Positions 32,357 to 41,994 of a stretch of 64,000 bases of DNA are shown piece by piece. The DNA lies in NCBI GenBank assembly GCA_963422205.2, contig CAXMWX010000005.1, positions 224,001-288,000 of the forward strand, read 5' to 3'. The notes beneath the pieces were generated by a model. The model searched no databases, was not told where the DNA came from, and saw only the letters and a program-made list of their open reading frames with translations. Position 1 is the first letter of the stretch, and each line of letters begins with the position of its first letter. The translations under genes were made by a program, and so were the position numbers. Origin of the DNA: Gammaproteobacteria bacterium (GTDB lineage: Bacteria; Pseudomonadota; Gammaproteobacteria; Eutrophobiales; Eutrophobiaceae).

Positions 32357-33733
32357 ATGGTGCTCACAATGGTAAAGCTACAACCATTGCCAATCACTCT
32401 TGCGCTGTTGTGTTATGTTATCCTGCTTGCTTCTGCAAAGGCTTGCGAAGGAGTGTTTTTCGTGGATCCTGAGGGACGGGGTGCTGGTAGCTTTTACATA
32501 GTTAAAAGCCAAGACGGGTCTTGGTCACGGCGAGGTTATCTCCCAGCGGGAAGCCTCGTTCGAAGTAAGGGATTTTCTGGGATCGTTCTTGTGCAGGAGA
32601 AATTGTACCATAAGAGTAAACACTATACTCCATTCGTCTCAGAGTTTGGGCAGGCTGGCTTCATTCGCTGGTCTGACATAAAGCACGGAGCGATCTCCAA
32701 AATCGACGGGGCCCCCATCCAAGGAATGGACAAGCGACTTGATTGTAATGAGATTGAACGCTTTGTCGCTCCGGACAGTTGGAATAAGGGATTTCGAATT
32801 TTAGCCAAGCCAGAGGACGGTTCCAAGGTACTGGATAATCCGAGTGCTTCTTCTATGGCTGCTGTATTTGTGGTTAAAGGTGATTATCAGGAACGAAAGC
32901 CAGGTGGACAGCGTTTCCTGAAGGTTCACTATCGTGTAGGGACACAAGGTCCAGTTGTTATTGGATACGTGGATCGAAGAGAACAAACCAACGAAATCGA
33001 TCCTGGTCGCTTCAGATTAACGCAGCGAGTCGAAGACATCCAAACTGTGAAGGGCGTCTCACGAGATAAAGAATGTAAAGGTACTTGCTGGGGCTCGGTT
33101 CTACAGGATTTCTACCAATCAGTTAAGAACTTTGATTTGGTAGGCAAGACTTTGGCCCAAAAGCCGTGCACTCGGGAAGCCAATGTCGAGTTCATGCTCT
33201 CTGTAGATTCTGGGGCTACGGTGTCACTCGTCGAATGGCTTAACGTTGGCGCTTCCGCAGTCGTCGAAGCATCTCTCAAGTTCACTATCCCAGATGATGA
33301 AGTATTGACCACAGAGCGGTGGTTCCTTGGTGAAAGAACTGAGATTGGTGTGCAACGCACCCATAAATGTGCTGACACAGAAAAAGGGCCTGCTAAATTT
33401 ATCGGTTTGCGTTTTGCTAACTATGAGAACCCTGTCCGGCTCCTCGTAGGTGATCTGGAAAGCGCTTGTTTCTCTCAGTTGCCAGCGTTTCTTCGACACT
33501 ACCACTCGAACGGAATGTTTATCGTCGGACGATCCGATAGAGTTATTTTCCCACGCTATGTTTCCCTGCGCCATCTTATTCAAAATAGGATTGGCAATCT
33601 TATCGACAGTGGCTTTCTTTCGGACAAACAACTCCAAGAACTAGACCGGTTAACTTGGTTGTCTATTGAACAGGTGCTTGAGCATCAACACCCTAAGGCA
33701 TACGGAATACCACCGAATCCTTGCCGTTCTTAA
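32357..33733 (+). CDS. hypothetical exported Cys-containing protein (458 aa)
   Basis: Long uninterrupted ORF, hydrophobic N-terminal signal ending ASAKA, GAAGGGG RBS-like sequence; no family recognised. Confidence 0.75.
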   Translation: MVLTMVKLQPLPITLALLCYVILLASAKACEGVFFVDPEGRGAGSFYIVKSQDGSWSRRGYLPAGSLVRSKGFSGIVLVQEKLYHKSKHYTPFVSEFGQAGFIRWSDIKHGAISKIDGAPIQGMDKRLDCNEIERFVAPDSWNKGFRILAKPEDGSKVLDNPSASSMAAVFVVKGDYQERKPGGQRFLKVHYRVGTQGPVVIGYVDRREQTNEIDPGRFRLTQRVEDIQTVKGVSRDKECKGTCWGSVLQDFYQSVKNFDLVGKTLAQKPCTREANVEFMLSVDSGATVSLVEWLNVGASAVVEASLKFTIPDDEVLTTERWFLGERTEIGVQRTHKCADTEKGPAKFIGLRFANYENPVRLLVGDLESACFSQLPAFLRHYHSNGMFIVGRSDRVIFPRYVSLRHLIQNRIGNLIDSGFLSDKQLQELDRLTWLSIEQVLEHQHPKAYGIPPNPCRS

Positions 33734-33748
33734 TTGTGAAAACGACCT

Positions 33749-34950
33749 TTAAGCAAACAATCTAACGATAAATCGTTCGCCCTGCTCAACTAAGTCAGGG
33801 TTGGTACCGTTGTGTTCTTGCATACCTTTTATGATTTTTCGGGGTATACCCATTCCCATATGCTCTAGGTATCGGTAGTCTCTCATCACGTCCTTCAGTA
33901 TCTGGTTTCGCGCAGCCCGTGTGCCCGTCCGCATCCGCTCCGGGGTTATTCCGTTAGGAAGCCGACCGGGTGAAATGATTTCCAGTCTGTCGTTATAAAT
34001 CGCCAACTCAACATCCGTACTTGTAAGGAGATAATCCCGGTGAATAAGAGCGTTCACAATACCTTCACGGAGTGTGTCTTTTGGATATGTTGTCTGTTCT
34101 ATGCGTCTCCCACCTTCTGCCTTGATAGTATTGCGAGTATTGCGTTGTACAAAATTTAACGCTTGTTCCACCAGTCCATTTTCGACAATATTACCGCTTT
34201 CATTGAGTAGCGGTGCCATAGGCCCATATAACTTTATATGCTCTTGCGCTTTATAGTCTTTGTCAGTCCCTGAATAGGCAACAGCATCTATACCAGCATA
34301 AGGCAGGAATTTATTCAGTGTTTTTCCAAAAAGCAGCATTCCTGAAAGAGTTACACCATATTCGATCATGATCTCTGTGTTGGCGAGAAGCGTCAGCCAC
34401 CCCCCTTCATCGCCATCCTCGGGAACCTCCTGATCTCGGATATGTTGGAAGTAATTCTTAAGGCGGCGATAGTCTAGATTGTTAATTGTAGCACCAGATA
34501 CTGGTTGTAATTCAGCACGTATTGAACCTCGTTGCTGTAGCAAACGCGAAAGTTCTTCTTGGCTCGCTTCCCGGCTCTGTGTGCCTACTCTTATCAGGTA
34601 CTTACTCGTATTGTTATGCCACAAGGCATGCACAGCAGCACCGCGCGATACGCTCACGACTGCAACATCCTTGCCTGATTCCACGTCCTTGATGGTTTCA
34701 AAAAAGGGGATTATGCCTGGTCTGATCTTGTCTCGGCATGCCGTCATTACCCATTATTCAAGGCCTGGTCTGTTAAGTCCCGAAATATTACCGTTATCCT
34801 CTACACCGATAAGTACATGCCGCCCTCTAAATTCGAGAAGGCCCCCAATTCTTTAGCGAAGTCTTGAATCGTCAGGCTGTCTCGTTTGAACTCTACTCCA
34901 GAATTCTCTTCGTTGGCAATAATCTCCAGCAGTTCTGTTCGCGTAGTCAT
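33749..34950 (-). pseudogene. AlbA_2 (Schlafen-like) + HATPase_c_4 protein, frameshifted near the N-terminus
   Basis: MTTRTELLEIIANEENSGVEFKRD from ATG 34950, then a frame change; C-terminal LREGIVNALIHRDY, EIISPGRLP, RN, G.GI. Confidence 0.8.
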
Positions 34951-34953
34951 ACT

Positions 34954-37574
34954 TTAGAATCCGTACTTGGAGTAACGCATCTCGAATGCCGCCTTGCCGC
35001 CCTCAAGAATTTCCTCAACCAGTTCTCGTACTGCCCCAGCGTCTATCGATCCCCTATGTTCATCCGCTATCTTCGCAAAACCCTCTCTAGCTTCCCCGGT
35101 TGCCGCAAGGCCGAGGATCAGTTCTGCATCGCCGAGGACAGGAATATTGGCGTTATGCGTTGAGAAAACGAATTGGCGATGTTGCTTTTCCTGCCGCATG
35201 ATCGGCACTATCCCTTCTGTAATGAAACGGTTATCGAGATCATCCTCTGGCTGATCGACAACGAGCGGTTCTTCGGATTCGAATAAAAGCAGCAACAGGA
35301 CGGCGGTCGCCTTCTGACCAGTGGAGAGAGTCTGTAGTTTTTACCACACCGCTGGTTTACCTTCTGGGGCGGTATTCAGTTCGATTTCTGTTGTCGTTGG
35401 TAGTTCTAGTTCCTCGATTCTCATGTGTAAGTCAAAACTGGCCTGGGCGATTCGCTCCGCTGCACCAGGCGGCAGATTGTAATGCTCTACCAACGACTCC
35501 TTGCCTTCTCTACACCGCTGTGCTAACTCAGCAGGGATAACTGGTCATGTGACCGCAGTCGATCAATCGCTGCTGCAAGATTGCCGCCAACCTCACGCAG
35601 GAGTTGCTCAAGTGGCTTGATGTTTCCGGCCTTTGTTACTTGAATTTGAGTCCTGTTGTAAAGTTTGCGTGATGCTCGCTTTGCTGCAGTCTTGATGTCC
35701 TTATACTCGCTGGCTTTGATGTCTTCCCATTAGAGGTCGTAATTCTTCAATTTGTTGACGAAGCTGGATGAACTCAGCGCCGTCTATCTTTGACTTCTGA
35801 AGTTCTCGCAGGAGCTTCTCATAGGTGTCCTCTATCGCCATGCGGCACTTGTTCCAGTGCGATTTCATCTCCGAGATCGCATGATCGGCGTTGGTCAGTG
35901 CTTCGCTGAATTGATCGCTAACCGTCTTGAGTCGCATACTTAGCGTTTCAAGGATTCTCTCAATTTCCGACAGAATAGCTGCGTTCGGCAGTGCTTCAAG
36001 CGCTTTGTCGGAGACGAATGCCGCATCGATCGGCAAGCACTCCATCAGTGTATTCTGAATCACTCGATACTGCTCCAGTCGTTCCTCAAGACTGAAAAAC
36101 AACTGTTCTTCCCGGATGAGAGGGCTTTTTTCCTTGAGCCGTCCTTCAAGCCCTGCCTCCTGGAAACGCTTTTGTGTCTCCTCAAGACCGGGTAACGCTT
36201 CTATACGCTCTTGCAATTGTTTCATTTCTCGGCACACATCCACGGTCCGTCTTCGCGACCGCTCAAGTTCAAGTCGGATCTTCGATTTTCGGCCAGATAG
36301 CAACGGATCGTTTTCCACAAACCGTTTCAGCAATAAAGTAAGCCTTTCTGGACTCTTTGTCAGTTCGGAAATTTCATGCTGGCCGAATACTTCCACGTCC
36401 GCCATCACATCACGCGGTGAGAGAGGCAACACTTTACTGGTTTCATCCTTCACAATGGGTGGATTAGGCACTGTCCTTTCAATTATGTAGCGGCGCTCGG
36501 ATGGTTTATGGGATTGCACAAGCATTGAAATCTTTGTCCCAGCTTGTAAAACGTACTGGATTATATTATCATGCGCCTTGCGCGCCTCGTCGCCGAGTGG
36601 ATCAAGGCCGAACACATAGCATATACTTTCGATCACTGTCGATTTGCCAGTGCCGCGCCCGCCGATCAATACATTGAGATTCTCGTTAAAGTGGATGGCT
36701 GTATCACGCAAAAAACCACCATCCCAAGTCATTGCCAGTAATTCAGTATGGGACTCGGGTGGTGGATCACTGTGTAGCCGGATACGTGATTCCGGATCAA
36801 GAAACGCCTGCCGGAGTCCCTCAATGGATACCTTCGACATTTTGACATAGCACGACAACGCCTCTTTATCTAAGTCTTTCGGGTCGTTTACATCCGAGGC
36901 ATTTAGAATTGCCGGAATACGATCGCGCCTGTACTGGATATCCTTGTTTTCAAGGATTGACCTGATGTTCTCTGGTACGTTGCTGACTGGGCCGGGCAGA
37001 GTGCACAGGCAAGCAGGTTCGGCGATGTCCAGACATTGATTCTCGATTGTCCGGATAGCTTCTTCAGCAACCCACCGCTGGAGGCCACATGGGCAGCGAT
37101 GCAGGCTGAGCTCCAGTCCTTTGAGCACTCCAAAAGTTCTAGACAGTCAAACTTGCCAGACGGCGATGGTTGATCGTGATTATGAATACCGCAATCGCCG
37201 ATATATCGCTCCAGACTATTATCCTTATCTGGATCGAACAGGCACAGAAAATGCACTCCATCCTTGGTAACAGCTTCAAATCCACTGAAGGCATACAGTC
37301 CAGCTTCGCGCGCTTCACATACAAGATTCATGGAATGATTGACACGGTAGTGATCTGTCACCGCTATGATTTCAATGCCGATTTCTTTACAGGTTTTGAT
37401 TATCGCCTTGTTGTACTCTTCTTCCGATGTAAAAGTCGTTTCTTTGTTATATCTCTCAAGGTACTCAAATGGGTTGATCTGCAAGGCGCAACGGTAAAAT
37501 CGCGCACCATTTGAAAATTTTAATGCGTTTTGTAGGCATTCCGAACGCACCTGACTTGTGGCACCCAATATCAT
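34954..37574 (-). pseudogene. PHP domain + SMC-like ABC ATPase (TrlF/Ppl-like), split by several frameshifts and stops
   Basis: IAVTDHY, GVHFLCLF and IAAHV (PHP); GGRGTGKST Walker A; LSTGQK signature; LVVDQPEDDLD Walker B; STHNAN; spread over ORFs 36903-37574, 35701-37128 and 34954-35295. Confidence 0.85.
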
Positions 37575-37657
37575 ATTTTCTGCTTCGTAAAATTATAGGT
37601 ATTATATGGAAGGTTGATAAATGCAAGGACAAAAGCAGCTATTTACAATTACTCATC

Positions 37658-38974
37658 TCACCGCCCCTCCAACGTCCTCGCCGTCCATACCACTGCACCA
37701 ATCACCACCATATCATCTGCCCAGCTCATAGACTCCCAGGTCGGATGGTCACTGATGAGCTGCCATTTGCTGCTCTCCTTATTCAAGCGCCTAACGACCA
37801 GGCCATCGTCAGTGCGGATGACATAAATGCGCTTTGACCGGCGCCGAGTACGGGCGCGGTCTACCAGTATCTTCGTTCCATCTGTCAGTGTCGGCTCCAT
37901 CGACTCACCAGATACCCCAATCACGGCGCATTGGGTTGGGTCAAGTGCATGCTCATCTAACCAGTCGCGGCAAAACCATAGTCGGCCTGAGATCTCCTCG
38001 GACAATGCCTCCATCCCACCACCTGCGGCACAAGCTAACTCAATCACGTCCACTGGCCGAGTGCTGGATGACACCCCAGTGTTCTTCTCATTTGCCACCC
38101 CATCGGTTAGTAAGACATCACGTAAATCATTCGGGATCGGGTCGCCACCGATGGCATGTACTGCACGCACCAGATTTTGAGTGCTGGCTTCGAACTCATC
38201 GCGGTGGTCAGCTACAAGCGGCCTCGGCACTGCCTGCTGCCACTCATAAGCCCTGGGGTCGGGTACTAGCAAGGCCGTTAAGCCCACTGCCGGCTTATCC
38301 CGAAACACCCCCACCACGGCACCCTGGCGGGCGATAAAACTTCGATTGACCTGCTCACCCACACTGCTGGTCTGGCCACTATGCGGCTTTCCCCAGCCGC
38401 GCAGTGTCAGGTGCGTGGCAGTAAAACCCAGTAATCGTTTGATGCGCTTGGAACCATATTCATCCTCCATCCACGGCCTCTGCCCAACCGCCAGCGGGGT
38501 GTTGGGTGATACGACACAGTAATCATCAGGCGAGATTCCTTCGGGGATCATGGATGATCCCTTGGCAATCGCATAGAAGGCATCTGGGTCGCCCGTTAAG
38601 CCCTGTGGCTCCGGCAGGTCGTTCTCAACCTGTTCAACATGTTTGCGGTGCTTCTGTGAATCCAGACCACAAGCGGCATGACCATCGACTGGTAAGTCGA
38701 CATCGACAAATGTTAGCGGAGTAGTGCCTGTGGTGCAGATGGCAGGCGATTCGGCTACCTGATCACCAGCCTTTCCACGGGGCGGGCCGATGTAAAACTC
38801 AAGGTCAAGAGCACGGCAGATTTCGGCCAGCCTATCGGATTTTGTGGCACGTTTTTCTAACACATAGCGAATCGCGTTGCCTGGCATCCCAGCATTGAGG
38901 GAAGCACGATATGGGGTCACTCCTCTGCGTTCTAATTCTTGGCGAACAACAGTCGTAATTTCCTCTGCTTCCAT
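37658..38974 (-). CDS. CI/LexA-like repressor: N-terminal HTH plus two S24 peptidase domains
   Basis: HTH (LAEICRALDL); domain 1 AKGSSMIP...IKRL; domain 2 VSGESMEPTL..G..ILVD...VVRRL...LISD...VIG.VVW. Confidence 0.88.
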   Translation of the reverse strand: MEAEEITTVVRQELERRGVTPYRASLNAGMPGNAIRYVLEKRATKSDRLAEICRALDLEFYIGPPRGKAGDQVAESPAICTTGTTPLTFVDVDLPVDGHAACGLDSQKHRKHVEQVENDLPEPQGLTGDPDAFYAIAKGSSMIPEGISPDDYCVVSPNTPLAVGQRPWMEDEYGSKRIKRLLGFTATHLTLRGWGKPHSGQTSSVGEQVNRSFIARQGAVVGVFRDKPAVGLTALLVPDPRAYEWQQAVPRPLVADHRDEFEASTQNLVRAVHAIGGDPIPNDLRDVLLTDGVANEKNTGVSSSTRPVDVIELACAAGGGMEALSEEISGRLWFCRDWLDEHALDPTQCAVIGVSGESMEPTLTDGTKILVDRARTRRRSKRIYVIRTDDGLVVRRLNKESSKWQLISDHPTWESMSWADDMVVIGAVVWTARTLEGR

Positions 38975-38990
38975 TAGCTATATATAGCTA
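38975..38990. promoter_or_regulatory. perfect 16-bp palindrome filling the cI/cro gap (candidate operator)
   Basis: TAGCTATATATAGCTA is self-complementary and sits between the divergent ATGs at 38974 and 38990. Confidence 0.6.
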
Positions 38991-39244
38991 TGGATAGCAA
39001 AATTATTCTCCAACTCGCCAAAATCTATGCTCAGGTAACAGGGCTTTCCTTGTCAACGGTATCAAATTACATGGCCGGATCAGGTGATTTTTTCGATCGC
39101 CTTGAGCGTGGTTGCGATGTTACTACCCGCCGTGCCGCCCGAGTTGTGCAACGTCTCAGCGATCACTGACCGCCCAACACACCTTGGCCTGTCGATATCC
39201 CCCGCCCTGCGCCAGATGCAACGGCGGTGAAGGAGGCAGCGTAA
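38990..39244 (+). pseudogene. Cro-like small regulator with a premature TGA at 39167
   Basis: MDSKIILQLAKIYAQVTGLSLSTVSNYMAGSGDFFDRLERGCDVTTRRAARVVQRLSDH*PPNTPWPVDIPRP...EAA; divergent from cI. Confidence 0.75.
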
Positions 39245-39384
39245 TGCAACGATTTATCAAGCCCGGTCTGACCCCACAGGGCTATCTCCGCTGCCAGTGT
39301 GGCGCCGAATGGAATCAGTCACCTATGGGACTGGAGCCACTGGATGCAAAAGCCTCGGCCGCCGCCGAGGCCAAGGGGTTTTGA
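39244..39384 (+). CDS. small phage-type hypothetical protein with CxC
   Basis: TAATG coupling to cro; AAGGAGG RBS; MQRFIKPGLTPQGYLRCQCGAEW. Confidence 0.5.
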   Translation: MQRFIKPGLTPQGYLRCQCGAEWNQSPMGLEPLDAKASAAAEAKGF

Positions 39385-39554
39385 TGTCATCAATGCACGC
39401 CGCCAGGTTGTCATCCTCATCCAGGCTCCAGAGGGTGCATACGCTGCGGGCCAATGGTGCCGAGATTAGTTGTCGCCAAATTATCCACCCGACCACGGGT
39501 GAGCGCCTATGGCTCTATCGACTAGCGAACCCAGCATCCCAGGAGGCAGCATGA
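39384..39554 (+). CDS. small phage-type hypothetical protein (possibly an internally deleted HTH protein)
   Basis: TGATG coupling; MHAARL...RLQRVH..LRANGAEI.CRQ...WLYR; ends in EAA. Confidence 0.45.
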   Translation: MSSMHAARLSSSSRLQRVHTLRANGAEISCRQIIHPTTGERLWLYRLANPASQEAA

Positions 39555-39582
39555 GACAGTCTAAACAGACAATGCAGCCAGG

Positions 39583-39822
39583 CTACAACAATTTTCCCAG
39601 CATGGCCACCACGCCGATACCGATGACCATCAAAGAGCCCAAACGCAGGGTTAAATCGTGTTTCAGACGGAGTTCCAGCATTTTCAGGTCTTCCTTGGTA
39701 GCCAGGCGCTCATCAATCAAGCGTGCTTGGGACTCAGCCAGTGCTTCCGCCTGCTGTTCGGTAAAACCAGCTTCTTTTAGGGTTTTGGCGTACGCCAGAC
39801 TATCAAAGGCCAATGCGCCCAT
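39583..39822 (-). CDS. DUF1640-like small coiled-coil membrane protein
   Basis: AFDSLAYAKTLKEAGFTEQQAEA...LATKEDL...C-terminal TM helix. Confidence 0.85.
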   Translation of the reverse strand: MGALAFDSLAYAKTLKEAGFTEQQAEALAESQARLIDERLATKEDLKMLELRLKHDLTLRLGSLMVIGIGVVAMLGKLL

Positions 39823-39858
39823 AGTTCATCCGTTTATGCTGTATCAACGAGGTGATAT

Positions 39859-40126
39859 TACCACAGGCTTGACAACGGCTAAAGCCAGGGCTAGGCCTCA
39901 TCGTACATCAACAAAATCTGATGTCGGGATTCGCATCCTGTTGCACAGAGCGTCCAAGGCGCTCAACCGAAGCGCTTTTTTTGTGTCTGCAATTTATGGC
40001 AGGCTGTTCAGGAGCACTTCGGTGCGCCGTCCTCTGTGCGGTAATGCGAATCCTGTACAGCCTGCCACCCGCTTAATTGACCTTAATGGTGGCAGTTCTC
40101 AAACCAACACAGAGGACACTGCCATG
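39859..40126 (+). repeat. C4/ash-type immunity cassette, copy 1 (TTGACA promoter, target sites, terminator-like hairpin, antisense RNA)
   Basis: Near-identical to 40406-40667 except at the specificity segments; TTGACA at 39869; GCGCT..AGCGC-T7 hairpin at ~39958-39983. Confidence 0.85.
39996..40068 (+). ncRNA. C4-type antisense RNA, copy 1
   Basis: TGGCAGGCTGT/ACAGCCTGCCA closing stem, GCAC-TTCG-GTGC hairpin, CCG-loop-CGG hairpin; both loops are complementary to flanking sites, as in P1 C4 / P4 CI RNA. Confidence 0.8.
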
Positions 40127-40193
40127 ATTGATGGCCGGCCTTGCCGCCGTGCGGGTTTTTTATGGGCATGGGCCTACTGCTGGCAAGCTAGGG

Positions 40194-40394
40194 TTAAGAG
40201 AAGGCTTTAAGGTATGGGAGAATTTCAACCACAATCACCAGCCCAATCATCCATTTTATGATGAGCAAATCCCGTTCAATTTTATTAAATCGATTCTCGT
40301 AAGAGGAAATTGCCTCGGCGGCTTTCCTCGCTTTCTCATCACTTGCGCCAGCATCAATCAGCGCATCGTAAACTTCTTTAATCATCGTTGCCAT
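40194..40394 (-). CDS. small coiled-coil membrane protein (DUF1640-like architecture)
   Basis: MATMIKEVYDALIDAGASDEKARKAAEAI...LLIIKWMIGLVIVV. Confidence 0.8.
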   Translation of the reverse strand: MATMIKEVYDALIDAGASDEKARKAAEAISSYENRFNKIERDLLIIKWMIGLVIVVEILPYLKAFS

Positions 40395-40405
40395 GCCGGG
40401 CAGTC

Positions 40406-40667
40406 TACCACAGGCTTGAAAACGGCTAAAGCCAAGGCTTCATCGTACATCAGCAAAATCTGATGTCGGGATTAGCACCCCGTGTTCACGAGCGCCAAGG
40501 CGCTCATCCGAAGCGCTTTTTTTGTGTCTGCAATTTATGGCAGGCTGTTCAGGAGCACTTCGGTGCGCCGTCCTCTGTGCGGTAAGGTCAATCCTGTTCG
40601 GCCTGCCGCCCTTAATTTGGAACTTAATGGTGGCAGTTCTTTCACCTTGACAAAGGAGGCCACCATG
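40406..40667 (+). repeat. C4/ash-type immunity cassette, copy 2
   Basis: Direct repeat of 39859-40126 with -35 TTGAAA, a short deletion around the -10, and different target sites. Confidence 0.85.
40537..40609 (+). ncRNA. C4-type antisense RNA, copy 2
   Basis: Same fold as copy 1; loop a identical (GTCCTCTGTG), loop b different (TAAGGTCAAT). Confidence 0.8.
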
Positions 40668-40750
40668 CCTGATTTACTCTCTATTGCCCGATCAGGCATG
40701 ACCCTATTCTTCCCTCGCTCAACTGCTGTGCTCGCACAGGAGATGGTCGC

Positions 40751-41056
40751 ATGATCTACCTGCATCCTGCCTCAGCCTGTTCACCAGAGCGCATACGAGC
40801 GGTTGAGAAAACCACTGGCCTGACTGCTGTAGTCGACATGGATGGTAAGGCGATTATGTCCAGGAAGTACGGTATGCCGCGGGTGCAGGGATGCACAAGA
40901 GTGGCTTTACCCTTATGTCCGCAGACCTCCTCCTCAAATTGTGAGCTCTCTGCGGCTACCTTTACCCATCGCACTGGATCAGATTCCCCTAATGATGTAG
41001 CCCCCGGTGCGGTGGGTATTTTTTCTGTGGATGCACAAGAGAGGGAATCCAGATGA
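40751..41056 (+). CDS. phage-type hypothetical protein
   Basis: ATGA-coupled ORF MIYLHPASACSPERIRAVEKTTGLTAVV. Confidence 0.45.
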   Translation: MIYLHPASACSPERIRAVEKTTGLTAVVDMDGKAIMSRKYGMPRVQGCTRVALPLCPQTSSSNCELSAATFTHRTGSDSPNDVAPGAVGIFSVDAQERESR

Positions 41057-41495
41057 ACACTAACGTATTCAAGCATCGGAGCAGAATATCAGAGAATGTG
41101 AAGTATAAATATATTGGCCTTAGCACTGATGAGGTTCTCTGGTAGCTGGTAACACTACAGGGCGAGCCTTGGCGTTTTTTGATGGTCAGCTGGTTCTTGC
41201 AGCCCTGAAACCATTAAAGGTCAAAGATACATCGGCCTATGACCGGCACCGTGATTTAGCTGGTTTGGTCAAGCATTGGATAGCTGCAGTTAAAGAGGTC
41301 TACATCGTCAAAGTCGACAGAAAAAGCAGCAGGCTAAAACATCCTATTGGATTTTCCGATGGGCAATTTCTAAAAGCCATGAAACAGGCTTATGGTTTGC
41401 CGCTAGAAGGCCGGAATGGTCACTATGCGCCTATTCAAGCCGCCTCTGATCATGCTGCGCCCACACAATTACCTGGTGAGGATATTTGCCCATGA
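41053..41495 (+). pseudogene. hypothetical protein with an in-frame TAG (41143) and a frameshift
   Basis: ATGA-coupled start at 41053; continues in ORF 41169-41495. Confidence 0.45.
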
Positions 41496-41686
41496 AACCT
41501 GAGACTGTTTTAAAGCAGATCAAGCCGATTTTGACACAGGAGCAGGAAAATAAAGTCGAGCACCTAATCAGCATATGTCATACCTTTCAGAGTTTGTTTA
41601 AGGATGGTTCGGTTGAGTTGTTGTCGCCTCAACCTGATGCCATGCCGATCTATGTCGAACGCAATGGTTCAGTAGCAACCCGGTGA
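41492..41686 (+). CDS. small hypothetical protein
   Basis: ATGA overlap and GGTGAGG RBS. Confidence 0.5.
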   Translation: MKPETVLKQIKPILTQEQENKVEHLISICHTFQSLFKDGSVELLSPQPDAMPIYVERNGSVATR

Positions 41687-41697
41687 GGATATAACGC

Positions 41698-41994
41698 ATG
41701 AGCACACCAAATGAAGTCGTGACCACCCATTTGTACCAGCACTACACCAATGATGAGCTGATACATACACGTTCAATAAGCGATGACCCGCTGGTGCGGC
41801 TGCTGGTTGAGCGTTTGGAAGCAGCGATCTGCAATGATTTTGGTTCAGGTAACAGCCCGACAAAAGAACAGCTGACACAGATGGGAGAGTACTGCGACCA
41901 ACTAGAGGATGAAGCATCCGCCCTGACATCATCTATTGAAAAGCTAAGAGACAGACTGGACACAATGAAACAAAACTTGGGTAACAAACCATGA
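41698..41994 (+). CDS. hypothetical coiled-coil protein
   Basis: GAGGA RBS; heptad-like C-terminus. Confidence 0.6.
   Translation: MSTPNEVVTTHLYQHYTNDELIHTRSISDDPLVRLLVERLEAAICNDFGSGNSPTKEQLTQMGEYCDQLEDEASALTSSIEKLRDRLDTMKQNLGNKP

Noticed and set aside
39509-40210. 233-aa plus-strand ORF (ash-like) across cassette 1
   Set aside because: Its first half is the antisense shadow of the DUF1640-like gene and the rest runs through the structured RNA; the RNA explains the conservation better.
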